Shown: piece after piece, positions 40,861 through 50,001 of the stretch
Numbering within the stretch: position 1 is the first letter of the stretch
Layout: every line of letters begins with the position of its first letter
NCBI GenBank assembly: GCA_965230915.1
Contig: OZ246395.1
Location: 204,019 to 268,018 of the forward strand
Length of the DNA stretch: 64,000 nucleotides
DNA from: an uncultured Candidatus Saccharibacteria bacterium
GTDB taxonomy: Bacteria; Patescibacteriota; WWE3; 2-01-FULL-39-13
Direction of reading: 5' to 3'
Translations under genes and position numbers: made by a program
Notes under the pieces: generated by a model
Databases searched by the model: none
Seen by the model: the letters and a program-made list of their open reading frames with translations, nothing else
Told to the model about the DNA's origin: nothing

Positions 40861-41769
40861 ATGACTAAATTAATTAAAACAAAAACCGACCACGAAGTAG
40901 AAGGAAAAATCATTTATAACGAAGACATTTTGTATAAATTAGATCTTCCAACCGATTTGCACCCAGTTCTAAAAGAAGGAACAGAAATCGAAGAAGGCGA
41001 TCTGATTAAGCCCAAAACTAAAAGCGAAGAGGACTTAGATCTAATAGAAATCGAATATAAGGGTGTAACCGAGTTATTACCTGGTCAGCATGTGAAAGTT
41101 GGTGATACCTTATACACGAATAAAAAACTTTTCAAAAAGCATGAAGTTAAAAGCGAAGTTTCTGGAGTAGTAAAAGAAGTAACAGAAGATTTAATAAAGA
41201 TTCAGGAACAAAGTGAAGACGAAGAAACAAAATTACCACCATTTAAAACTCCGTTTGGTGGAAAAATAACTAAGGTACATGACAATTATATGCTTTTAAA
41301 TTTTTCGGCAGTTCAAGTAAATTTATTTGAATCAAAAGCCGGGTCGGCCGTTGGTCCAATTAGATATATTTCGTCAGACCAGATCCGCGAAAGAAAAACA
41401 TTAACATCTCATATAGAAAAATCAGTTATTGTTACGGAACAAATTACTGCAGAACTTTATCCCATGCTTTCTACATTAGGAGTAGGAGCAATTATTGCAA
41501 ATAGTATTGATTATTCTTTGTTTAAGAATATGATAATTTTAGCTGTGCCGATTGGAATAATTTCCGGATTCGGATATACTCCCAATGAAAAAGGCAAATC
41601 TGAAGTTAAACCAATTTTGACTGAAGATGAAGCTCTGATAAAATACATAAAGTCTATTGAAGGAAAAACAGTTTGGGTCGACGGAGATTATGGAAGGCTT
41701 ATTATTCCAGAAACTCGAGAACCAGCTTCTTTAAAACGACACCATTGGAAATTAAACTTCGGTGTTTAA
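40861..41769 (+). CDS. Hypothetical protein with barrel-sandwich-hybrid-like repeats
   Basis: VKVGDTL...KSEVSGVVKEV and KTPFGGKITKV segments. Confidence 0.6.
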   Translation: MTKLIKTKTDHEVEGKIIYNEDILYKLDLPTDLHPVLKEGTEIEEGDLIKPKTKSEEDLDLIEIEYKGVTELLPGQHVKVGDTLYTNKKLFKKHEVKSEVSGVVKEVTEDLIKIQEQSEDEETKLPPFKTPFGGKITKVHDNYMLLNFSAVQVNLFESKAGSAVGPIRYISSDQIRERKTLTSHIEKSVIVTEQITAELYPMLSTLGVGAIIANSIDYSLFKNMIILAVPIGIISGFGYTPNEKGKSEVKPILTEDEALIKYIKSIEGKTVWVDGDYGRLIIPETREPASLKRHHWKLNFGV

Positions 41770-43078
41770 GTTTCAAATTTTGAACAAAATGATTGCAAAA
41801 AATATACAAAGTATTATTACAGGAATTTTATTAATCGTTATCGGAGCACTTGGCGGATATTATTTCGGCAATCAAGGCTATGAAGTCAGAATTAAAACCG
41901 ATTCTCCAGAAATTAAAGTTGTAAATCGTGAGGCCGCTATTCCAACTACCGCAGATATGTCCCGATTTTGGGAAGTCTGGGACATCATCACTAAGGAACA
42001 TATCGATAAACCCCTCGATCCGAATAAACTAGTCGATGGCGCCATTCATGGAATGGTTAGTTCGATAGGTGATCCATATACAACATATTTAAATATCGAG
42101 CAAAACGGTGAGGTTCAAAGTTCGCTAAACGGATTATATGAAGGTATAGGCGCTCAATTAGGTTTTGATGAAAACAATAATTTGATTGTTGTGGCGCCAC
42201 TTGATGGTTCTCCTGCAAAAGCAGCGGGAGTTCAAGCAGGCGACCGAATTATTCAAATTGAAGGTAAAGATACAACAGGAGTTTCGGTAGAAGAAGCTGT
42301 AAACAAAATTCGTGGAAAAGCTGGAACTGTAAGTACGCTTTTGCTTTTTAGAAAGGATGTTGAAAAACCATTCGAAGTTAAAATCACACGTGCGGAAATA
42401 AAATTAGACAGTGTAACTTGGGAAGACAAAGGCGATGGAATTGCGTACATTAGACTTTCACGTTTCGGTGAATCTACAAATACAGAATGGGCAAAGGTCG
42501 TCGGTGAAATCACAACTCAAATGCCAAATCTAAAAGGTATAGTTTTAGATGTAAGAAATAACCCTGGAGGATATCTAGATGCAGCCGTTTATATCGGTTC
42601 AGAATTCGTGTCAGATGGGGTGATAGTTTCTGAAGCATTTTCAAATGGTACTAACCAGGAATTCAAAGTCGATCACAAAGGTAAGCTTTTAGACAACAAA
42701 TTAAAATTTGCTGTTTTAATAAATGGCGGATCAGCTTCTGCATCTGAAATTGTAACCGGCGCATTAAAAGAAAGGCGCAACGCAATAATTGTTGGCGAAA
42801 GATCTTTTGGTAAAGGAACTGTTCAAAGATCAGAAGAATTTGATGATGGAGCATCGGTTCACGTTACTGTTGCAAAATGGTTAACTCCAGATAAAAATTG
42901 GGTTGATAAACGATCCAAATCTGTAGAAGATAGCGTATATAACATAACTAATGAAGATGGCACGACTACGATCGGAGGATTTAAACCTGATTACGAAGTG
43001 AAATTTACTGATGAAGATGTTAAAGCTGAAAAAGACGTTCAACTGGATAAGGCTGTAGAATTACTTAAGGCCAAATAG
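41762..43078 (+). CDS. ctpA: S41 carboxy-terminal processing protease
   Basis: GDPYT, GIGA, PDZ, DVRNNPGG, SASASEI, FGKGTVQ. Confidence 0.95.
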   Translation: MFKFQILNKMIAKNIQSIITGILLIVIGALGGYYFGNQGYEVRIKTDSPEIKVVNREAAIPTTADMSRFWEVWDIITKEHIDKPLDPNKLVDGAIHGMVSSIGDPYTTYLNIEQNGEVQSSLNGLYEGIGAQLGFDENNNLIVVAPLDGSPAKAAGVQAGDRIIQIEGKDTTGVSVEEAVNKIRGKAGTVSTLLLFRKDVEKPFEVKITRAEIKLDSVTWEDKGDGIAYIRLSRFGESTNTEWAKVVGEITTQMPNLKGIVLDVRNNPGGYLDAAVYIGSEFVSDGVIVSEAFSNGTNQEFKVDHKGKLLDNKLKFAVLINGGSASASEIVTGALKERRNAIIVGERSFGKGTVQRSEEFDDGASVHVTVAKWLTPDKNWVDKRSKSVEDSVYNITNEDGTTTIGGFKPDYEVKFTDEDVKAEKDVQLDKAVELLKAK

Positions 43079-43121
43079 TTAATAAAGGTTAGTTTCAGAA
43101 AAGGATTTTATATTCAATACG

Positions 43122-44273
43122 ATGAGCGACTTCCGTAGATTAATTACAATCATAATTGTTGTTTTAGGTGCATACCTAATTTACTACTACCAATCTGCAA
43201 TTGGTAATTTTCTTAGAAACCCGATTAATACACTAGATAATTTATCGCAACAGGTCGAAGACAGGACTATCCCAACTCCTGGCAACGCAGAAAATGTAAA
43301 ATTAGTCGTTGTTGACGAAGAAAATCAGGTTATTAAAGTTGTAGAAGATTCTACAAAAGCCGTAGTTTCAGTTGTCAGAAAAGAAACATATTTTGATCCA
43401 TATCAAGGCCCATTAACCTCAGAAGATTCAATTGGAACAGGATTTATAGTAGATGGCAAAAGGGGAATAGTCTTAACGAATAAACATGTTGTTGATGATA
43501 ATGGTGCAACATACAGTATAGTGATGGGGGAGGGTGAAGAAACTTACGATGTTACTAATGTTTACAAAGATCCAACAAATGATTTTGCGATTTTACGAAT
43601 AAGTAATGGAGATAAAGAACTTCCACAATTAAAATTAGGCGACTCAGACAAATTAAAAGCTGGACAAACTGTTGTTGCAATTGGAAATGCATTAGGCCAA
43701 TTTGGAAATAGCGTCACTAAAGGAGTTGTTTCCGGTACCGGGCGTGGAATTGTTGCGAGTGCCGGTCCGTTTGGAGAAGCCGAATCAATCGAGAATGTTA
43801 TTCAAACCGATGCCGCATTAAATCCTGGTAATTCCGGCGGTCCGCTTCTAAATCTAGCCGGGGAAGTTATCGGAATTAATGTAGCAGTTACCCAAGGCGC
43901 AGAAAACATTGGATTCTCACTTCCGATTAATATTTTAAAACCAATAATTGATGGATTTAACACAACCGGCAAAATTGTACGACCTTATTTAGGTGTCAAC
44001 ATCAGACCAATTACACAAGACATGGTAGAACGCGGTGCGCCTACAGTCGGAGCTTTTGTTGTTGATGTGGTTTCCGGGTCTCCTGCTGCAAAGGCTGGAA
44101 TTCAAAAAACCGACATAATTACGCATGTGAACGGAACAAGAATTGATAATGATCCTAATACTTTACAAAAGATTATTGCGGGTCTAAGGGTTGGGGACAA
44201 TGTTGCAGTTGTCGTAGAACGAAATGGCCAGGAGGTTTCTCTAAATGCCACAATTGGAGAGCTAGACCAATAG
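43122..44273 (+). CDS. htrA: HtrA/DegP-family serine protease with PDZ
   Basis: GTGFIV, TNKHVV, IQTDAALNPGNSGGPL, RPYLGV. Confidence 0.95.
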   Translation: MSDFRRLITIIIVVLGAYLIYYYQSAIGNFLRNPINTLDNLSQQVEDRTIPTPGNAENVKLVVVDEENQVIKVVEDSTKAVVSVVRKETYFDPYQGPLTSEDSIGTGFIVDGKRGIVLTNKHVVDDNGATYSIVMGEGEETYDVTNVYKDPTNDFAILRISNGDKELPQLKLGDSDKLKAGQTVVAIGNALGQFGNSVTKGVVSGTGRGIVASAGPFGEAESIENVIQTDAALNPGNSGGPLLNLAGEVIGINVAVTQGAENIGFSLPINILKPIIDGFNTTGKIVRPYLGVNIRPITQDMVERGAPTVGAFVVDVVSGSPAAKAGIQKTDIITHVNGTRIDNDPNTLQKIIAGLRVGDNVAVVVERNGQEVSLNATIGELDQ

Positions 44274-44370
44274 TCTGACCACACTTGTTTTTGTAATTTC
44301 ACTAATCTAAAATATCCACAACACCTGTTGAGGTGGGTTTGTAGCACTCTACTAAAAAGGAGAAGAGCGG

Positions 44371-44676
44371 ATGCTTGCTGGAATTGCAGCGCCAAGTGTT
44401 CAAAGCTCAGAAGATTTTTTTCTGACGCTTATTCCCACCGATGGTGGTGAACATGTTATTGTTCGTACGATGGCACAGTTCAAAGAGCATTATCTTACGC
44501 GTGCTGATGGGGTTATGTATGCCATCAAAATTGACGAGCGGCAAATCAGCAGCTACGAAGCGCAGGTTTTGCTGCGGCAGTTTCAAACGTCACAGATTGC
44601 ATTTCAACCCCGACCAAACTGGGAAGATCTTTACTATGAGTGCCAGAGTGGTAGTTTCAGCTATCGGCCTTATTAG
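44371..44676 (+). CDS. Orphan cassette protein (101 aa)
   Basis: Promoter TTGTTT-17-TAAAAT (44285-44313), 5' hairpin cacct-gttg-aggtg, SD AAAAGGAG. Confidence 0.72.
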   Translation: MLAGIAAPSVQSSEDFFLTLIPTDGGEHVIVRTMAQFKEHYLTRADGVMYAIKIDERQISSYEAQVLLRQFQTSQIAFQPRPNWEDLYYECQSGSFSYRPY

Positions 44677-44917
44677 AAGGTTCGTCGGTTTATGGCGAAT
44701 CTGGCTAAGTTTGGCAATCGCTATATTTATATATCGGCCGTTGTATTTTTGGCTGATATCATGGGCTGACCCGAGTGTGCCAAATCTGATATGCGCGGTA
44801 TTGGTCGGCGCAGTGTCGTTCGGTCTTTTTGTTGTAGTTTTAACCGTGCTGTACGAAATTCGGGCAGCACAAGAATTTTCGGCTAAACACCGAAGACACC
44901 GTTTAGTCGAAGAATAG
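44636..44917 (+). CDS. Orphan cassette membrane protein (~93 aa, 2 TM); start probably ATG 44636
   Basis: MSARVVVSAIGL...; two hydrophobic helices; GGGAAG upstream; overlaps previous ORF end. Confidence 0.62.
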   Translation: MSARVVVSAIGLIRRFVGLWRIWLSLAIAIFIYRPLYFWLISWADPSVPNLICAVLVGAVSFGLFVVVLTVLYEIRAAQEFSAKHRRHRLVEE

Positions 44918-44941
44918 GACCGGAAAATGATTCCGCCTAGC

Positions 44942-45003
44942 AGGGCATCAGGGCTGATTTATTCAGCACTCCAAAAGAGTTAAAACCTGATGCCTTTTAT
45001 TTT
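44942..45003 (+). terminator. Branched 3' hairpin within cassette
   Basis: agggcatcagg-[gctga/tcagc][actc/gagt]-cctgatgcctt + T-rich tail. Confidence 0.7.
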
Positions 45004-45027
45004 GAATACAACTACGAAAGGGCTGCT

Positions 45028-45510
45028 ATGAGTACTTTAGGTAGACAATCGATGGTCGGAATCGTACGGCTGTCTTTGTACGGTATTTACCTGTGTGTGT
45101 GCCTCTGGCTTGTGATCAATCTATCTAGTTTTGGACTAAGTATTAGTGGCCCTTACAGGTGGGTATGCTTGCTGCTTAGCTTCACAGTTGTCTATGGGTT
45201 CATAAGGACTTTCTGGCGGGTAATTAACATTATCGGCAGTATTTCCGATTCGACCATGCTGTCGATCGGCGAAGTGATAGTTGTTTTGACTTTGACACTT
45301 GGTGCAATGGGGCTTTTTGTAGCAATCGCGCTCGAAATTTCCACATACTTTACGAAGTATGGAATTCCGACGACATACTTGATAGTTGGGGTTTGGGTCG
45401 TAGTATCTATTTGGATTTTGCCGTCAATTGTGCGTGCGGCGGTAAGGCGCTACGAAGAATGGTTCGGAACAAAAGTTCTCAGCTTTTTGCTTCATAGCTC
45501 TGGCCCTTAA
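45028..45510 (+). CDS. Orphan cassette membrane protein (160 aa, ~4 TM)
   Basis: SD GAAAGGG; four hydrophobic segments. Confidence 0.75.
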   Translation: MSTLGRQSMVGIVRLSLYGIYLCVCLWLVINLSSFGLSISGPYRWVCLLLSFTVVYGFIRTFWRVINIIGSISDSTMLSIGEVIVVLTLTLGAMGLFVAIALEISTYFTKYGIPTTYLIVGVWVVVSIWILPSIVRAAVRRYEEWFGTKVLSFLLHSSGP

Positions 45511-45525
45511 TAAAGTCGCCTAAGT

Positions 45526-45589
45526 GCGTGGATTCTATCCTGATACTTGAACGCAAATTCAAGAGATAGGGTAGGGTCCACGTTTTTTT
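45526..45589 (+). terminator. Long G.U-rich 3' hairpin of cassette
   Basis: gcgtggattctatcc...gggtagggtccacgt + T-run. Confidence 0.78.
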
Positions 45590-46580
45590 ATTCTTCATCG
45601 GTAGTGTCTGTTGAAATTTCTCCACTTTCCATGCCGGCTTTTATATCCTCTAATAAGTCTTCAATATCTCCTGCCATTCGGCGTTCAATATTAAACCAGC
45701 TTTTTTTGATGCGGTGATCGGTGATTCGATCTTGTGGAAAATTGTAGGTCCTAATTTTTTCAGATCGATCTCCAGAACCTATCTGATCGGCTCTTAATTC
45801 GTCTATGGAGCCTTTTTGTTGTTGTTGCATAAGATCATACAATTTTGATCTCAGCGTCGACATAGCCCGCTCACGGTTCTTAATCTGGCTACGCTCGTCT
45901 TGGCATTGAACTACCAACCCAGTAGGTAAGTGTGTAATACGGACCGCGCTTTCGGTTTTATTAACGTGTTGGCCTCCAGCTCCTCCGGCTCTATATACAT
46001 CAACTCTAAGGTCTTCTGGTCTTATTTCGACTTCTACTGCGCTTACGATAGGTAATACGGCAATGGTTGCGGTTGAAGTGTGAATGCGTCCTCCAGATTC
46101 GGTTACTGGTATACGTTGAACGCGGTGAACTCCACTTTCGTATTTAAGTTCATCATATGGAGCAGTAGCTGCTTTGCCTTTTTTTATTTCGAATTGAATT
46201 TCTTTATAATTACCAATTCCACCTTCATTTTTGGAAATTATTGAGTAGTTCCAACCTTTGGTTTCGGCATATCTGGTGTACATGGTGAATAGGTTATTAG
46301 CAAAAAGCCCGGCCTCATCACCGCCGGCACCGGCACGAATTTCAACGATGGAATCTCCGGTTTCTGCGGATGAACTGTCACCATCTGACTTTTTTGAATA
46401 GTCGCCATTCATCATTGCAATAGCATCTTGAAGCTGTTGTTTCTGAGTTTCTAAATTGGAGATTTCTTCTGTAATAAGGTCAGCCATTGAAGGGTCAGCC
46501 TCTACCATAGCCATAGTTTCAGCAATTTTTGCATCTATTGAACTTATTTGATCTTGAAGTGCGGATGTTGCGGAATCCAT
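45588..46580 (-). CDS. prfA: Peptide chain release factor 1 (shortened N-terminus)
   Basis: [20 protein letters not shown] (PxT), [17 protein letters not shown]. Confidence 0.97.
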   Translation of the reverse strand: MDSATSALQDQISSIDAKIAETMAMVEADPSMADLITEEISNLETQKQQLQDAIAMMNGDYSKKSDGDSSSAETGDSIVEIRAGAGGDEAGLFANNLFTMYTRYAETKGWNYSIISKNEGGIGNYKEIQFEIKKGKAATAPYDELKYESGVHRVQRIPVTESGGRIHTSTATIAVLPIVSAVEVEIRPEDLRVDVYRAGGAGGQHVNKTESAVRITHLPTGLVVQCQDERSQIKNRERAMSTLRSKLYDLMQQQQKGSIDELRADQIGSGDRSEKIRTYNFPQDRITDHRIKKSWFNIERRMAGDIEDLLEDIKAGMESGEISTDTTDEE

Positions 46581-46604
46581 AGCTTAATTATAGCTCCTGT
46601 CTAT

Positions 46605-46916
46605 CTACTGTAGGGCTTTAAGCATGTCTTTTAATGATTTTGGACCTTCTTCGCGTTCTTTTTGCTGTGACATTTTAGCTTTTAGAGCTTCGACACGAGC
46701 CTTTCTAGCTTTTTCGGCTAAGTCCATTTTCTTTTTGAATTTATCAACACGACCTTCGATGTCGACGAATTTGTGGTCGCCAGTCCAAAAAGGGTGGCAA
46801 TTGCTGCAAATTTCAACAGTTAAGTGGTCTAAAGTTGATCCTGTTTCGAATTTATTTCCACATGCACAGGTAACTGTGATGGTTTCGTGATATGTAGGGT
46901 GAATTCCTGATTTCAT
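46605..46916 (-). CDS. rpmE: 50S ribosomal protein L31 (Zn type, C-terminal extension)
   Basis: [33 protein letters not shown]; start at 46916; leader hairpin tggcga/tcgcca. Confidence 0.96.
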   Translation of the reverse strand: MKSGIHPTYHETITVTCACGNKFETGSTLDHLTVEICSNCHPFWTGDHKFVDIEGRVDKFKKKMDLAEKARKARVEALKAKMSQQKEREEGPKSLKDMLKALQ

Positions 46917-47073
46917 ATAGTTATTTGTGGCGAGATTACCTAATAGCTTCGCCATGACTGGGATATTTTAACAAAAAGCCCAAACTAAGGCAAATAGTAG
47001 CTTTTTAGTATATAATTTTGCGCAATTCACATTGGTGAACGCACACTATAAATCAACCTAAGAGGAGAATCAC

Positions 47074-47673
47074 GTGAACTGGTCAGATTATGCCAGCCTG
47101 GCAGACAGGCTATACAAGCAGTCGGGGTTTATTTATGTCGGAGCCGAGTTTTGCTGGGAATTACAGGATATATTCCTGTCACTTGTAGCAAGAACGCTCA
47201 GCGATGACAAAGAGATCAAAATCCTTATCAACAGCAGCGGGGGGAGCAGCATGTCTTGCATGGCAATGCGTAATAGCCTTCTTCTAGCTCGCATGAGGGA
47301 AAAGAAGTCAGTGGGAGTTGTTCTTTCGAGGGCTTATTCTGCGGCATTCCTTTTGCTTCAAAGTTGCGATACGCGCTTAGCTATGGAAGGGTCAACACTG
47401 TTGATGCACCATGGCAGCAGCCAGCTCGATAACAATGAGCTGGCCGCTATTAATCGTGGTGAATCATGGCCTGCGGAGCATCGCAAAAGGTTCAATGACG
47501 AACTGATCGAAGCTGTGCAAAGACGTACTGGCGTGACGAAGAAAAAGTTGTTCGAATATTTCGACACTGAGAGATATTTTTCCGCCGGGCAGTCGCTTGA
47601 TGAGAATTTCGTAGATGGGGTAGTTTCATCGTATACAGAAATTCCAGCCGAAGTTCTGACATTGTTGTCTTAA
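47074..47673 (+). CDS. Divergent ClpP-like (S14) protease carried on a cassette
   Basis: IKILINSSGGS, AYSAA, LLMHH, ERYFSA..L..NFVDGV; promoter TATAAT 47011, 5' hairpin, SD AAGAGGAG. Confidence 0.82.
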   Translation: MNWSDYASLADRLYKQSGFIYVGAEFCWELQDIFLSLVARTLSDDKEIKILINSSGGSSMSCMAMRNSLLLARMREKKSVGVVLSRAYSAAFLLLQSCDTRLAMEGSTLLMHHGSSQLDNNELAAINRGESWPAEHRKRFNDELIEAVQRRTGVTKKKLFEYFDTERYFSAGQSLDENFVDGVVSSYTEIPAEVLTLLS

Positions 47674-47691
47674 TTTTGAAAGGCGGGGTAA

Positions 47692-48066
47692 ATGCTACTG
47701 ATGCTAAATGGCCCAGAAGTTATCGAGTTTCTGTCGATAATTGCAGGCCTGGATGTTGCACTGAGGATGACGGGATTTAATCCCACGGTCTCTGTGGTAA
47801 TGGCACTGCCTAAGATTAAGATGGAGGATTTTGATCGAAGGTGGGATCACTTTAGGGAATTTTGTGCCAAGAACGAATGTTCTTTGCAAGTTTTCATTTT
47901 CGGATCGCATACAGATCCAAACCAGAGTACGAGTCTCCGCTTTGGTGATTCCAGGTGTGACTATATTAACGTCTACATCTATACCGTGGGTTGGTTCGCT
48001 GATCGGCCACTAAGCGACTCGCTTCAGGCGATCGATCAATTCTTAGGTGGAATTTCGGAAGTTTAG
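47692..48066 (+). CDS. Orphan cassette protein (124 aa)
   Basis: SD-like GAAAGGCGGGG; co-oriented with ClpP-like gene; 3' hairpin follows. Confidence 0.68.
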   Translation: MLLMLNGPEVIEFLSIIAGLDVALRMTGFNPTVSVVMALPKIKMEDFDRRWDHFREFCAKNECSLQVFIFGSHTDPNQSTSLRFGDSRCDYINVYIYTVGWFADRPLSDSLQAIDQFLGGISEV

Positions 48067-48074
48067 GTGTTTGC

Positions 48075-48135
48075 TCGCGGTTTGCAGCTTTCTTCCAGTC
48101 TAACTGGGTACAAGAGAGCTGCAGGCCGCGATTTT
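48075..48135 (+). terminator. Long bulged 3' hairpin of cassette (20-bp lower stem)
   Basis: tcgcggtttgcagctttctt-ccag/ctgg-gtac-aagagagctgcaggccgcga + tttt. Confidence 0.8.
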
Positions 48136-48142
48136 ATTAAGA

Positions 48143-49294
48143 TTATTTTCGCCTTTCTGCCAAATAAACTCCAATCGTTATAATAATTGCTCCAGCTAAA
48201 AATAGTGGAGACAAAGTTTCACCCAGTAAAAATATTGCAGCAGGTATTGCAGCAAGTGGTTGTAAATAATAGAAAACCGACGCTTCGCTTGCTTCGATTA
48301 TACGCAGCCCAGATTGGTATAAGACATAAGCTAAAACTCCAGATAATATAGACATGTATAAAATCCCCCAAAGAATTGGCGGAGACATATAGGTTTTTAG
48401 GTTCCCAATAATTATGCTTGAAAGGCTAGGGGAAGCTGTTTTTATCAAACAAGAATATTTAACAACTTCATTTTGCGGCAGGTAATTAACAACTGCGTCG
48501 CCTCGGCAGGTTTTACATTCATAACATCCGACTGAATCGCATGCCATGCCAGCTCTATAATTGGCTCGATCTATATCATTAATAGTACATGTTCTAAGTT
48601 GTCCCAAATTGCTGGTTTTGTGCAAAAAGATTTGTTCGCCAAGGCCAAGGGGAATGAAAACAATAGCCGCAAACATAAATGAAATAACTATTTGAGCCAG
48701 TGGCGTTACTATTTTATCTCCAGCTAAATGACGTTTTGTATAAATTGAATAGTATGAATCGAGTGCGATTCCGCCTAAAAATAAAACATTACCGATTAAT
48801 GAACTTCTTATTGTTAAAAAAGTATCACCCTGACTTGCATCCCCGGCAAATAGTAGGGGAGAAAATACAACAATTAGAGTTCCAAAAAATGCTAGAAGCG
48901 TACCTTCAATCTCATTTCGCTTGATTGTTTCTTTTAAAATTAAAAAGCCCATCGCAGAAACCAAAAGCGGAGTAAATGAGCTAATTAATGAGGCGTTTAT
49001 AGCTGTTGTGCGCTCGATTCCCATAAAAATTAGAATGAGTGCTGCAACATGGCCGATCATTGATGAGGTAAAAATATATCTGTAGCGAATCCGATTAATC
49101 TTATGTCGTTTAAGAATGTAAAACAAAAAAGGAAGTAAAACAATTGCGGCTGTAACAAAGCGCAGCATTAAAAAGGTAAGTGGGGGGACCTCGGTTACTG
49201 TTAATTTTATGACGATGGTGGCGAATCCCCAGATTAAGGATGCAATCACTAATACAATATTTGCAATAACTCTTTCTGAGATTTTGGCAGGCAT
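48143..49294 (-). CDS. EamA/DMT family transporter with Cys-rich insertion
   Basis: LIWG, LMLRF, GIERTTA, ILKE; second repeat ending YYLQPL...LLGE. Confidence 0.9.
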   Translation of the reverse strand: MPAKISERVIANIVLVIASLIWGFATIVIKLTVTEVPPLTFLMLRFVTAAIVLLPFLFYILKRHKINRIRYRYIFTSSMIGHVAALILIFMGIERTTAINASLISSFTPLLVSAMGFLILKETIKRNEIEGTLLAFFGTLIVVFSPLLFAGDASQGDTFLTIRSSLIGNVLFLGGIALDSYYSIYTKRHLAGDKIVTPLAQIVISFMFAAIVFIPLGLGEQIFLHKTSNLGQLRTCTINDIDRANYRAGMACDSVGCYECKTCRGDAVVNYLPQNEVVKYSCLIKTASPSLSSIIIGNLKTYMSPPILWGILYMSILSGVLAYVLYQSGLRIIEASEASVFYYLQPLAAIPAAIFLLGETLSPLFLAGAIIITIGVYLAERRK

Positions 49295-49339
49295 TACGAT
49301 AATTCTAGCAGAGATAAATTAGTAATTTCCATTAAGTAG

Positions 49340-49975
49340 TTATTTGAGGGCTTGGCCTATTTCGCTTAGGGTGGTTTTATAGAAATAGAGTTGTTTAGAG
49401 TATACACTCGCAAATTTTGATTTTGGGCTAAATCCAGGATGATACTTTATTATTGTCACTTCGATAATACCAAAAAGTTTTAAAGGCTCTACTACCAGAT
49501 CAGAAAAAGTAATGTCATTTAATTTTTCTGAACATTGAGATTTTACCAATATATAAAAGTCATATAAATCTCTATTTTCTTGCGAAATCTTTTTTAAGTC
49601 TTTTATTGCAACCTTAATATATTCACGTAAAATTTTGCTAATTTCTTCTGCTTCGGCGTCGTTTTCCAATAATGAGATTGTAAATTTTTCTGATGTATAA
49701 GTTTCCCATAATTTATCGTAGAGATCTTTTAATCCCGAGTAAGTGGAAATTACCTTGCTATCATTTGTTGTGAGCACTTTTGATCTGACACTTAATAGGT
49801 GTATGAATAAAAATGCTTTTTTTGAACTTTTTGGTAATGATTTATTAGTTATTAAAGTCTTTACCAGCTCTTCGTCATAGAGGTTAATTGGTTCTTTACT
49901 AGAAATAAGAGCTTTCTCAAATTGCTGAAAGTATTTAATTATCGCGGTTTTAGTAACATCTGAAAGCTTAGTCAT
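49340..49975 (-). CDS. Hypothetical protein (211 aa)
   Basis: ORF with host-like low GC. Confidence 0.7.
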   Translation of the reverse strand: MTKLSDVTKTAIIKYFQQFEKALISSKEPINLYDEELVKTLITNKSLPKSSKKAFLFIHLLSVRSKVLTTNDSKVISTYSGLKDLYDKLWETYTSEKFTISLLENDAEAEEISKILREYIKVAIKDLKKISQENRDLYDFYILVKSQCSEKLNDITFSDLVVEPLKLFGIIEVTIIKYHPGFSPKSKFASVYSKQLYFYKTTLSEIGQALK

Positions 49976-50001
49976 TTCTATATAATAATTTGAATGTAAA
50001 T

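Noticed and set aside
44441-44635. Long N-terminal extensions of track ORFs 44441 and 56778
   Set aside because: They overlap upstream genes extensively; downstream ATGs with RBS (44636, 56907) are more plausible.
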